Positions 49,886-59,419 of a stretch of 64,000 bases of DNA are shown in pieces. This DNA is from Candidatus Acidiferrum sp. (GTDB lineage: Bacteria; Acidobacteriota; Terriglobia; Acidiferrales; UBA7541). Position 1 is the stretch's first letter. Every line of letters begins with the position of its first letter. The position numbers and the translations under genes were made by a program. The DNA lies in assembly GCA_035693365.1 (NCBI GenBank), contig DASSGS010000011.1:11844-75843 (forward strand), read 5' to 3'. The notes beneath the pieces are model-generated. The model had not been told where the DNA came from, ran no database searches, and worked only from the letters and a program-made list of their open reading frames with translations.

Positions 49886-50763
49886 GGCCGCTTCTCCCCG
49901 GAATTCTCACCCACGCGCACCACTTCGGCGCCTGGCGGTGCTTCCAGCTTGAAGCGGTCCGCTTCCAGCGTTTCGTTCAAGGTGATTTTGCTGATGGCCA
50001 GGTCCAGATGATATTCCTCGCGGGGGCGTTCGAGGCGGATGCTCATCGGATATTCCTCGGCGCTGCCGGCCGAAACCTGCTGCCAGTTTGAGTAGCGCAC
50101 GTCGGAAAGCAGTGCACCCTTCGGCCCGTAAGCCTGCAGCCGCACCACCCGCAAATCCGCCCGGTCAAACCAGACCTTTCGCAGAATTTCCGATTTGTAT
50201 CCGCCGCGCAGCACGGTCAGCACGTAATACCGCGCATTCTCGTCGTTGTATTCTTCAATCAGCACCACTTCTTCCTTGCGGACTTCCGGCCACAACACGG
50301 CATCCACCAGATGCTGCGGGCGCAGATTCTCAATCGGCTTGCTGCTCTGACGTTCCAGCGCCACCTGGCCGGTCAGAAATTTATTCTTCGACGGAATGGA
50401 CACTTCGAACGTCTGGCCGTCACTGACCATATCGAACACGGTTTTCCCGACGACCGGCGCCTGCCCGATCATGCGGACGTTGTACGGGCGCGACGCCAGC
50501 AAAAATGCCTTCACCTCGTGGTACTCGTCAATCACCCCGCTGTACTTCGTTCCTGCCGTCGCCTTCAATTCCAGCGTGGCATCCATACTTTTCAGGCCGC
50601 GGGCCAGCGTGTTGTAGCGGTCGAGCAGGTCTTCCTCGCTCGCCTCCCGCGCCACGGGGCGCTCCGCTGTAGGAACTTTAGTGGAGTTCGTGACTGTGCG
50701 CGGGCAGCCGCCAGCGGCCGCCAACACTGTCAGCAAAATCATGCTCTTCCAGATGCGTTTCAT
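49882..50763 (-). CDS. Predicted lipoprotein, DUF4292/LolB-like beta fold
   Basis: Signal peptide ending LAAAGG-C; RP..VRMIG, FDMVSDGQTF, PSKNKF; C-terminal YPMSIRL...ITLNE...FKLEAP. Confidence 0.55.
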   Translation of the reverse strand: MKRIWKSMILLTVLAAAGGCPRTVTNSTKVPTAERPVAREASEEDLLDRYNTLARGLKSMDATLELKATAGTKYSGVIDEYHEVKAFLLASRPYNVRMIGQAPVVGKTVFDMVSDGQTFEVSIPSKNKFLTGQVALERQSSKPIENLRPQHLVDAVLWPEVRKEEVVLIEEYNDENARYYVLTVLRGGYKSEILRKVWFDRADLRVVRLQAYGPKGALLSDVRYSNWQQVSAGSAEEYPMSIRLERPREEYHLDLAISKITLNETLEADRFKLEAPPGAEVVRVGENSGEKRP

Positions 50764-50833
50764 CCCTGAGTTCCGCGCCTTCCATCCAAAGCAGGCAATT
50801 TAGCAACCAACCCGCGGAGCGTCAAACCGCCGC

Positions 50834-51418
50834 TCACTGGGGCCGCGCAATGTGCACGTCAAACGGCTGCAGCGCCGGCCGCGCACGGCGAATAATTTCG
50901 CTGGGCCACAAGTTGTGGCTTAGCAGCGTCATCCAACCGTCATCGGGTTCGCAGATGGCGCAAAACGTGTATCGCGAGTAGGCATCCTGATAAGCGTCCA
51001 GTCCGCGATGCGATAGTTCGCTTTCCACGGGCGCATCCGCTTCTTTCGCCGCGGCTCCGCAGCGAACCCCAAACGTTTCTCCGGCAAAGCGCACGATCAG
51101 GCCGCGCAATTTCTCCGCCGCCGGCTGGCGAATCACCACGCAGCGGTTGGCCGCTTCCCGGAATTCGACCTCGTGGTTCCGGCAATATTCCCGCACGCGA
51201 TCCAGGTGGCTGAAAAAATCCAGTACCCAAGGCTCCTCACCTGCCAGCACAGGGAACACCGCGGCCCAGATCGACGCGGCTGCTTCGCCGCGCAACGGCT
51301 CGCGGCTTTCCGTTTCGATCAACTCCAGCCCGACCGCTTTTGTATCGGAGCCGAGATCCATCGCCTGCACATCCAGCGAATAAGGCGGCAAATCCGGCAG
51401 GTTGTTTTCCGGCGGCAA
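50834..51418 (-). CDS. Conserved hypothetical protein
   Basis: 194-aa ORF 2 bp from the upstream gene; host-like codon usage. Confidence 0.7.
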   Translation of the reverse strand: MPPENNLPDLPPYSLDVQAMDLGSDTKAVGLELIETESREPLRGEAAASIWAAVFPVLAGEEPWVLDFFSHLDRVREYCRNHEVEFREAANRCVVIRQPAAEKLRGLIVRFAGETFGVRCGAAAKEADAPVESELSHRGLDAYQDAYSRYTFCAICEPDDGWMTLLSHNLWPSEIIRRARPALQPFDVHIARPQ

Positions 51419-51420
51419 GA

Positions 51421-51975
51421 TTACTCTTCCTCGATTTCGCCAAAGGTGGCGTGAAATTCTGGGGAAGTTTTGCGCACGTCCAGCCAGTCAAAAAACGTGT
51501 CCGGCGCCTCCAGCCAGATGCGGAACCACTCCGCGATTTCCTTTTTCTCTTTGCGTTTCTGCTCTTCCACCTTGCGGTTGCGCGAAATCATTTCCGCCCG
51601 GCGCTTGCCGAGCCGCGCAATCTCCAGCACCCGCTCGACCGCGGCCCGCTCGCCATGCTGGCGAAAACGCCGCAACAATTCGTCCAGCCGCGTCAGGCTT
51701 ACTTCCGCGTCCTGCAGCGTCTTGAAATGAAGAATGTCTTCGAACTCTTCCTCGAAGCGTTCTTCCGCTTCCTCCCGCTCGGTTACCTGTACTTTCCATC
51801 CGGCGCTCTTCAGCACGTCGGCGATGTAGTCGTTGCCGGTTTTTCCGGCTTCGCCGTGGTCGGCCAGCAGCTTGCGCCGCAGCTGGTCAACCTCCGCGAC
51901 GCTCCATTTTTCGACGCCCAGGTCGCGCGCCGCGTCCAGGATCATGTCCTTTTTGTGTTTGAGCGCGTCGGTCAT
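51421..51975 (-). CDS. Conserved hypothetical helical protein
   Basis: ATGA overlap with mltG; KKEIAEWFRIWLEAPDTFFDWL. Confidence 0.75.
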   Translation of the reverse strand: MTDALKHKKDMILDAARDLGVEKWSVAEVDQLRRKLLADHGEAGKTGNDYIADVLKSAGWKVQVTEREEAEERFEEEFEDILHFKTLQDAEVSLTRLDELLRRFRQHGERAAVERVLEIARLGKRRAEMISRNRKVEEQKRKEKKEIAEWFRIWLEAPDTFFDWLDVRKTSPEFHATFGEIEEE

Positions 51976-53057
51976 CGTTTGCCTTTGCGTGCCGGCCCTG
52001 CGGTATGTGTATGATGCGCTTCCACCACCGGAGGTTCCGCCGGCTCCCCGCGCAGCAGGCGGTGATATTTGGCCACATTATGGTTGTGTTCCGCCAGCGT
52101 TGCCGCAAAAAAATGCCCGCCCTGGGTGTTGGCCACAAAATAAAGATACTCGGTCTCCGCCGGATGGAAAGCCGCGCGCAGGGCCACTTCGCCGGGATTT
52201 CCGATCGGGCCTGGCGGCAGCCCCCTGTTCCGGTAGGTGTTGTAGGGCGAATTGATGCGCAAATCCCTCAGCGTCAGCGTACCGATATACTCGTCGTCCA
52301 TCTGGAGCGCGTAGATCACCGTCGGGTCGCACTGCAGCGGAATATTCTTCGCCAGCCTGCGCGTGAAGACGCCCGCCACCAGCGGCCGTTCCTCGGGTTT
52401 CGGAGTTTCGCGTTCCACCAGCGAAGCCAGCGTCACCACTGCGCCGATCGAAACCGGAGGATTAGTGGCCGGGTCCTCATTCGGCGCAACGTTCGCCAAT
52501 GCCTCGCGGAATTTCCGCACCATCATCCCGGTCAATTCTTCCGCGGGGGCGTGCTTCGGGAGATTATAGGTCGCGGGGAAGAGAAAACCCTCCAGAGTTC
52601 TTGCATCCGGAAACAGGTCCTTGATCTGGGTGGGATCTTCCGCCGCATTCAGGAAATCGTCGGCGGTCATGTATTTTGCGGCTTCCAGATCGCGGGCGAT
52701 GTCGTAGATCGTTTCGCCTTCGCGCACCGTGAAGGGTTGCTCGTAAACTTCGCCATTCGCCAGCTTCCAGAAAACTTCCTTGCCGGAGAGAGCATGCTCG
52801 AAGAAATATTCGCCCGCTTCCAGCGTCCTTTTCGGATGGCGCCGCGCATAAAACTCAAACGCAAAGGAATTGCGGATTACGCCAGCTTTTTCGAGGATAT
52901 GCGCCGCGGCCCGCCGCGAAGCTCCGTGAGGGATGTCTACGTACAATCCATCCGCGGGAATCGTGCCGTACGGTTTTTCGAGGGAATACCAGACGTACCC
53001 GGCGGCGGCGCCGGCGGCAAGCAGAACCAGCAGAATGAGGGCGGCAAGAATTTTCAA
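51972..53057 (-). CDS. mltG: Endolytic transglycosylase
   Basis: LEGFLFPATY, ASLVERE, LQCDPTVIY, SPYNTY, GLPPGPI, YLYFVA. Confidence 0.95.
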   Translation of the reverse strand: MKILAALILLVLLAAGAAAGYVWYSLEKPYGTIPADGLYVDIPHGASRRAAAHILEKAGVIRNSFAFEFYARRHPKRTLEAGEYFFEHALSGKEVFWKLANGEVYEQPFTVREGETIYDIARDLEAAKYMTADDFLNAAEDPTQIKDLFPDARTLEGFLFPATYNLPKHAPAEELTGMMVRKFREALANVAPNEDPATNPPVSIGAVVTLASLVERETPKPEERPLVAGVFTRRLAKNIPLQCDPTVIYALQMDDEYIGTLTLRDLRINSPYNTYRNRGLPPGPIGNPGEVALRAAFHPAETEYLYFVANTQGGHFFAATLAEHNHNVAKYHRLLRGEPAEPPVVEAHHTHTAGPARKGKR

Positions 53058-53058
53058 A

Positions 53059-53592
53059 TTAGCGGCTCCCCTCCGCCAGGGGCGTGCGCGACAGATATTC
53101 GCGCAAAATCACCATCGCGGCAACGGCGTCCACCGTGTACTTCCCATCCGCCGCGCCCTTGGTTTTCTTGCGGCCGTGCGGAGTATCTTCGTGGACAATG
53201 CGGCGGCCCATCTCTTCTTCCAGAATGCGCTCTGCTTCCCAGCTGCTCAGCCGCTCGTCCACCAACTCCACAGGCACGCCGATCTGCTTGTGCACGCGCT
53301 GGGCGAATCGCGTGGCTTCGTCGGCCATGTCGCCACCTGTGCCGTCCAGCCGCAGGGGAAGTCCCACCACAATCTGCCGCACTCCGAGATCCCGCGCCAG
53401 TTCTCTCAGCCGGCGCATATCTTCATTCCGGTTGACGCGTTCCAGAGTGTCGTAAGGCTGCGCGATCCGCGCGGCGCTGTCGGCGAGCGCCAGGCCAATC
53501 TTTGTGCGGCCGTAGTCCAGCGCCAGAATCTTGAACGCGCTTTGCGCCCGCTCCGCCGCCAAAACCCCGCTTTTTTGTGGGATTCCAGTCAC
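53059..53592 (-). CDS. ruvX: Pre-16S rRNA nuclease YqgF/RuvX
   Basis: LALDYG, VVGLPL, DERLSS, DAVAA. Confidence 0.92.
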   Translation of the reverse strand: MTGIPQKSGVLAAERAQSAFKILALDYGRTKIGLALADSAARIAQPYDTLERVNRNEDMRRLRELARDLGVRQIVVGLPLRLDGTGGDMADEATRFAQRVHKQIGVPVELVDERLSSWEAERILEEEMGRRIVHEDTPHGRKKTKGAADGKYTVDAVAAMVILREYLSRTPLAEGSR

Positions 53593-53724
53593 CTCTTCAG
53601 TATAGCGTGAACGCCGCTCGCCACGCCCGCAAGGGCGCCAGGATTTCCCATTCGTGCACCGGTAGCATAGGTCAGGCCGATCTAAAGTTCGGCCACTACA
53701 TGAGGCGCACAGGCTTACCCGGTC

Positions 53725-55296
53725 CTAAGGTTTTCTTCCCCGCGTGCCGCTTTCCCAGTCCGCCCACATGCCCAGCGTTTTCATTTCCTGGTCGAGGCCG
53801 GTCTCTTTCATCATCATTTCAATCTGTGCGCGCGAATATCGCGGTCCAATTGGTTCGGCGCGGTCGGCGATGCCCCATGCGGTCACGGCCGCCAGCACTG
53901 TGTTCAGCTTCAACTCTCGAATGTCCACTTTATCGAATGTGTCTGAAGCGGCGTGATAGTTCGCCAGATAGTTCGCCACTTCCTGATTTGCCACCAGGTT
54001 CGGCACGCCCTCGAGCAAAAAATCAAAGTGGTCGGTGCCCCAGTCCGCGTCATAGGTGTGCGTATCCACGTCCCATCCCGCGAAGGGCTTCAGAATTTCC
54101 CGCACTGCCGGTTCAATGTCGCGGCGCCCGCCCAGCGAAAAACCCGTCACGCGGCCGATGCCCGAATCGAAAATCACCACGCCGCGGTACTTGTCCATTT
54201 CCGCGCGATGTTGCTTTACGTATTGCCACGAGCCGAAGAGGCCTTCCTCTTCGCCGCTGAACAAAATGAAGCGGATCGTCCGCCGCGGCAGCAGCCCGCT
54301 GGCCTTGATCGCGCGCGCGGCTTCGACCACCAGCGCCGCGTTGCAGCCGTTGTCCAGCGCGCCGGTGCCCAACTCCCACGAATCCAGATGCGCGCCCAGC
54401 ACGACGATTTCGTCCGGTTTTTTGTAGCCGCGAATTTCGCCGACCACGTTTTGCTGCTCCACGGGTCCGCCGATTTTGTTCGGCATGGTCAGCCGCACGC
54501 GAATCTTTCCGGGGTTCGTCTTTGCCGCGCGTTCCAGCCGCAAGCCGTCCTCGCGCGCCACTACCGCTTGCGGAATGGACTCCAGTTTTCCGTCGGTGCT
54601 ATTCGTGTGCCGGTAGAGCAGCTTTCGCTCGCGCTCCCCGGTCCACAAAATTGCCGCAGCGCCCGCCTTCAGCGCCCGCTCGATAATCGCCGGCGGAGTT
54701 TTGTATTCGTTGAAGAGATCGGCCCAGGTGTAGCTGACCTCCGTGTGCACAATCAGAATCGCGCCTTTCAGCGCACTGCCTGCGCGCGCGAAATCAGCTT
54801 CCGAGCCGCTCCCGATATTCACCAGCACGCCTTCTAGCCCTCCCGCTGGAGTTGCCGGTGAAAGCCCAAGAGAAACTAACGAAACGGAGAAGTGCGGCGC
54901 TCCCATAACCTCCATGCGCGTATCGCCTTCCCTCCACGCCACCGGCAGCGTGTAGTTCTCGGTGTGGACGTCCACTCCGGCGGCGCGGAATCCCGCCACG
55001 CCCCACTCCACTGCTTTCGCCATTTCCGGGGAACCCGTCACCCGGCCGCCGATTCCATCCGTAAGCCGACGCAGATTTTCTTCCAGCGGCGATTCGCCCA
55101 TCACGATCGGCGTGATCTTGGCCGCCGCTTGCGCGCAGGACGATGTTTCCGTCGCCGAACAGCCCGCGGCTTCGGATGCCGCCTGGCCGGGGCGCAGTGA
55201 ATCAGGTTTCACGGTTGGAAGTTGCGCGAAGGAAGAGGCAGGAGAAGCAACGAAGTAAAGAAGTAACGAGGTAAAGAAAAAGCGATGATTTCGCAT
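53725..55296 (-). CDS. Exported M28 peptidase (carboxypeptidase Q-like, PA domain)
   Basis: GAHLDSW, GALDNG, GEEEGL, YHAASDTFDK; signal peptide. Confidence 0.9.
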   Translation of the reverse strand: MRNHRFFFTSLLLYFVASPASSFAQLPTVKPDSLRPGQAASEAAGCSATETSSCAQAAAKITPIVMGESPLEENLRRLTDGIGGRVTGSPEMAKAVEWGVAGFRAAGVDVHTENYTLPVAWREGDTRMEVMGAPHFSVSLVSLGLSPATPAGGLEGVLVNIGSGSEADFARAGSALKGAILIVHTEVSYTWADLFNEYKTPPAIIERALKAGAAAILWTGERERKLLYRHTNSTDGKLESIPQAVVAREDGLRLERAAKTNPGKIRVRLTMPNKIGGPVEQQNVVGEIRGYKKPDEIVVLGAHLDSWELGTGALDNGCNAALVVEAARAIKASGLLPRRTIRFILFSGEEEGLFGSWQYVKQHRAEMDKYRGVVIFDSGIGRVTGFSLGGRRDIEPAVREILKPFAGWDVDTHTYDADWGTDHFDFLLEGVPNLVANQEVANYLANYHAASDTFDKVDIRELKLNTVLAAVTAWGIADRAEPIGPRYSRAQIEMMMKETGLDQEMKTLGMWADWESGTRGRKP

Positions 55297-55353
55297 GAAT
55301 GGGATCCTCGGACAGAGTTGAAGTGTCGCGTGAATTATAGCGGACTCACCGCA

Positions 55354-56247
55354 TCACTCGGCGAAGTTCTTTGGCCGGAGCTCGGGATGCACCACGGCAT
55401 CCGTCACGCGGGCCACCTGTACCATCTCGTCGACGTCGTGAACGCGCACGATATGCGCGCCTTGCAGAATGCTTGCGGCAACGGTTGCGGCTGTTCCCCA
55501 AATCCGTTGATCGGCGGGCAAAGGTTTGCCATTTCGCGCCAGCGTGGCGCCGAGAAACCCCTTGCGCGAAGTTCCGACGAGCAGCGGATAGCCCAGTTTT
55601 GCGAGTTCGGGCAGTTTGGCCAGCAGTTCGTAGTTTTGCGCGAAGCTTTTTCCGAAGCCGATCCCGGGATCAAGAATTATCTGCGAAGCGCGCACGCCGG
55701 CTCGCCGCGCAATCGCCACGGATTCCCCCAGCCCGCCGCCCACATCCTTAATCACGTCTTTTGCCCACGGCTGCCGCTGCATTGTTCGCGGTGTGCCGCG
55801 CATGTGCATCAAAATCAGCGGCACGCCAGACTGCGCGGCCACATCCGCAATTTTTTGATCGTGCGTCAAACCCGATATGTCGTTCAGCATTTCCGCGCCG
55901 GCGCCGATCGCCAGTTCCGCCACGCGCGACTTCTGCGTATCAATCGAAACGGGAATTTTGAGTCGCCCGCGAAGCCCGCGCAGCACCGGCAACAGGCGTT
56001 CCAGCTCTTCCTCGCCCGAAATGCCCGCGGAGCCCGGCCGGGTAGACTCCGCCCCAATATCGATAATGTCCGCACCGGCCCGTTCCATCGCCAGCGCGGC
56101 TTTCACGGCGTCCGCCACCCGGAAGAATTTCCCGCCATCCGAAAAGCTGTCCGGCGTTACGTTGAGCACACCCATCACCAGGGTGCGCTCGCCGAGCGCC
56201 AGCGTCCGGGAAGGCAGCTTGAGGCGGAACAATTTTCGTCGAATCAT
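55354..56247 (-). CDS. folP: Dihydropteroate synthase
   Basis: MGVLNVTPDSFSDGG, GAESTRPG, DPGIGFGK, SRK, RVHDV. Confidence 0.96.
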   Translation of the reverse strand: MIRRKLFRLKLPSRTLALGERTLVMGVLNVTPDSFSDGGKFFRVADAVKAALAMERAGADIIDIGAESTRPGSAGISGEEELERLLPVLRGLRGRLKIPVSIDTQKSRVAELAIGAGAEMLNDISGLTHDQKIADVAAQSGVPLILMHMRGTPRTMQRQPWAKDVIKDVGGGLGESVAIARRAGVRASQIILDPGIGFGKSFAQNYELLAKLPELAKLGYPLLVGTSRKGFLGATLARNGKPLPADQRIWGTAATVAASILQGAHIVRVHDVDEMVQVARVTDAVVHPELRPKNFAE

Positions 56248-56402
56248 GCGGGCAGCTCAGTGTGCAGCAAGTCAGAAAGAAGAGAAATGATAACGCAGAG
56301 ACACAAAGTTCACAGAGATTTCGCAGAGAAGAATAGTTGATAGAGGGTACAAAAGGGACCGGGGCAGTCACACCGCCGGAGGATTATTACCGGCCACGAA
56401 TC

Positions 56403-56711
56403 CTAATCCAGATCGAAATCGCGAATCGGCTTTCCCGCAGGGGCGTCCTTGGCTTTCTTCATGGCTTCTTCAAACTTCTTGGCGAGGATGTCCTCTTTGT
56501 GCGTTTCCTGGAAAAAAGAGTCCGCAAACTTGTCTTCCCGCGTTTTTTTCTGCTGTTCCAGGATGCTCTGCGCCTGCGTCAGATCTACGTCCGGCCCGGG
56601 TTTCACATGCGCTTCATGCGAGAGCACTGCGCCAAAAATCGGGTCCACCACCAGCTTCGCCTGGCAGCACGGGCAAGTAATATTCAGGTTTTCGCCGTCT
56701 TTCAGTCCCAT
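56403..56711 (-). CDS. Small conserved hypothetical protein with CPCC knuckle and coiled coil
   Basis: ITCPCCQAKLVVDP, KKFEEAMKK, C-terminal RDFDLD; TACAAT-6 nt-ATG. Confidence 0.75.
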   Translation of the reverse strand: MGLKDGENLNITCPCCQAKLVVDPIFGAVLSHEAHVKPGPDVDLTQAQSILEQQKKTREDKFADSFFQETHKEDILAKKFEEAMKKAKDAPAGKPIRDFDLD

Positions 56712-56736
56712 GGCCGTATTGTACGCCTCCGCGCGC

Positions 56737-56772
56737 AAAAAAGTAGGGGCGCCCGCCGCGGCGGCCGCCCCT
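56737..56772 (-). terminator. GTAG-REP hairpin acting as ftsH terminator
   Basis: Minus strand AGGGGCGGCCGCC-GC-GGCGGGCGCCCCT-ACTTTTTT. Confidence 0.7.
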
Positions 56773-56790
56773 GTCCCAAATCCGTCTCTT

Positions 56791-56825
56791 AAACTTAGAA
56801 CTTAAAACTTACGACTGATAACTTC
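56791..56825. repeat. Heptamer tandem repeat
   Basis: AAACTTA GAACTTA AAACTTA CGACTGA TAACTTC. Confidence 0.65.
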
Positions 56826-56826
56826 C

Positions 56827-58773
<1,947 letters not shown>

Positions 58774-58825
58774 ATTGCCCTCACAATCAAGCCCGTACAA
58801 AAATTCTCAAAAACCCGCCGCGCCT

Positions 58826-59419
58826 TTACCGCTTGCGCTTCTTTGCCCGCTTCGCTCTGCCGCCTGACTTCTCGCCGCTGACTAATGCTTTTCCGTTACG
58901 CCCAAGCCCATTCGATCCGGCCAGCCCATACCCAGACCACATTAAGTTAGATGCAGTCTGGAAGCCAAAGTAATCGGGCTCCAGGTCCACGCGGCGCATC
59001 GAAGCCTTGTAGAGCAGAACGGCAAGCCGCAACGAGCGCGGCTTGCCTTCGCCGATTCGCCGCAACAAAAACTCCTGCGTCACACCGCTGTCGAGCACCG
59101 CGTCCACCAGTAAAACGTCGCGGCCTTTAAAGTCCGAGTGTTCGGCTCCGCCGCTGGTCGTCTGGCGATTCCCGAAAAAAACTTCGCGCCGCGCCCGGCC
59201 ATCCGTCTCAATGTCGCGCACATCTTCCCGCACAAAGTGCATGGCCAGCGGCCCCTCGATGGCTCGAACCAGGTCGGCCGCAAATACAAAAGAGCGGTCC
59301 ATCGTTACCACAATATCCAGCCGCCGCCCCACATACGCCTTCGAAATCGCGCGGCCCAGCGCTTTCACGCGGCCCGCAATTCGCGCCGCGGAGTAGGAAG
59401 CACCCTTCACGCGGCTCAC
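58826..59419 (-). CDS. hpt: Hypoxanthine phosphoribosyltransferase homolog with degenerate catalytic motifs
   Basis: tilS-hpt-ftsH synteny, GTGA overlap with tilS; FVFAADLVRAI, VLLVDAVLDSGVT, GYGL. Confidence 0.7.
   Translation of the reverse strand: MSRVKGASYSAARIAGRVKALGRAISKAYVGRRLDIVVTMDRSFVFAADLVRAIEGPLAMHFVREDVRDIETDGRARREVFFGNRQTTSGGAEHSDFKGRDVLLVDAVLDSGVTQEFLLRRIGEGKPRSLRLAVLLYKASMRRVDLEPDYFGFQTASNLMWSGYGLAGSNGLGRNGKALVSGEKSGGRAKRAKKRKR

Noticed and set aside
52005-53435. Long antisense ORFs (e.g. 52005-53435, 62150-63505, 24443-25741, 15348-16289, 57512-58588)
   Set aside because: Shadow frames of GC-rich, well-identified genes, with no motifs or RBS
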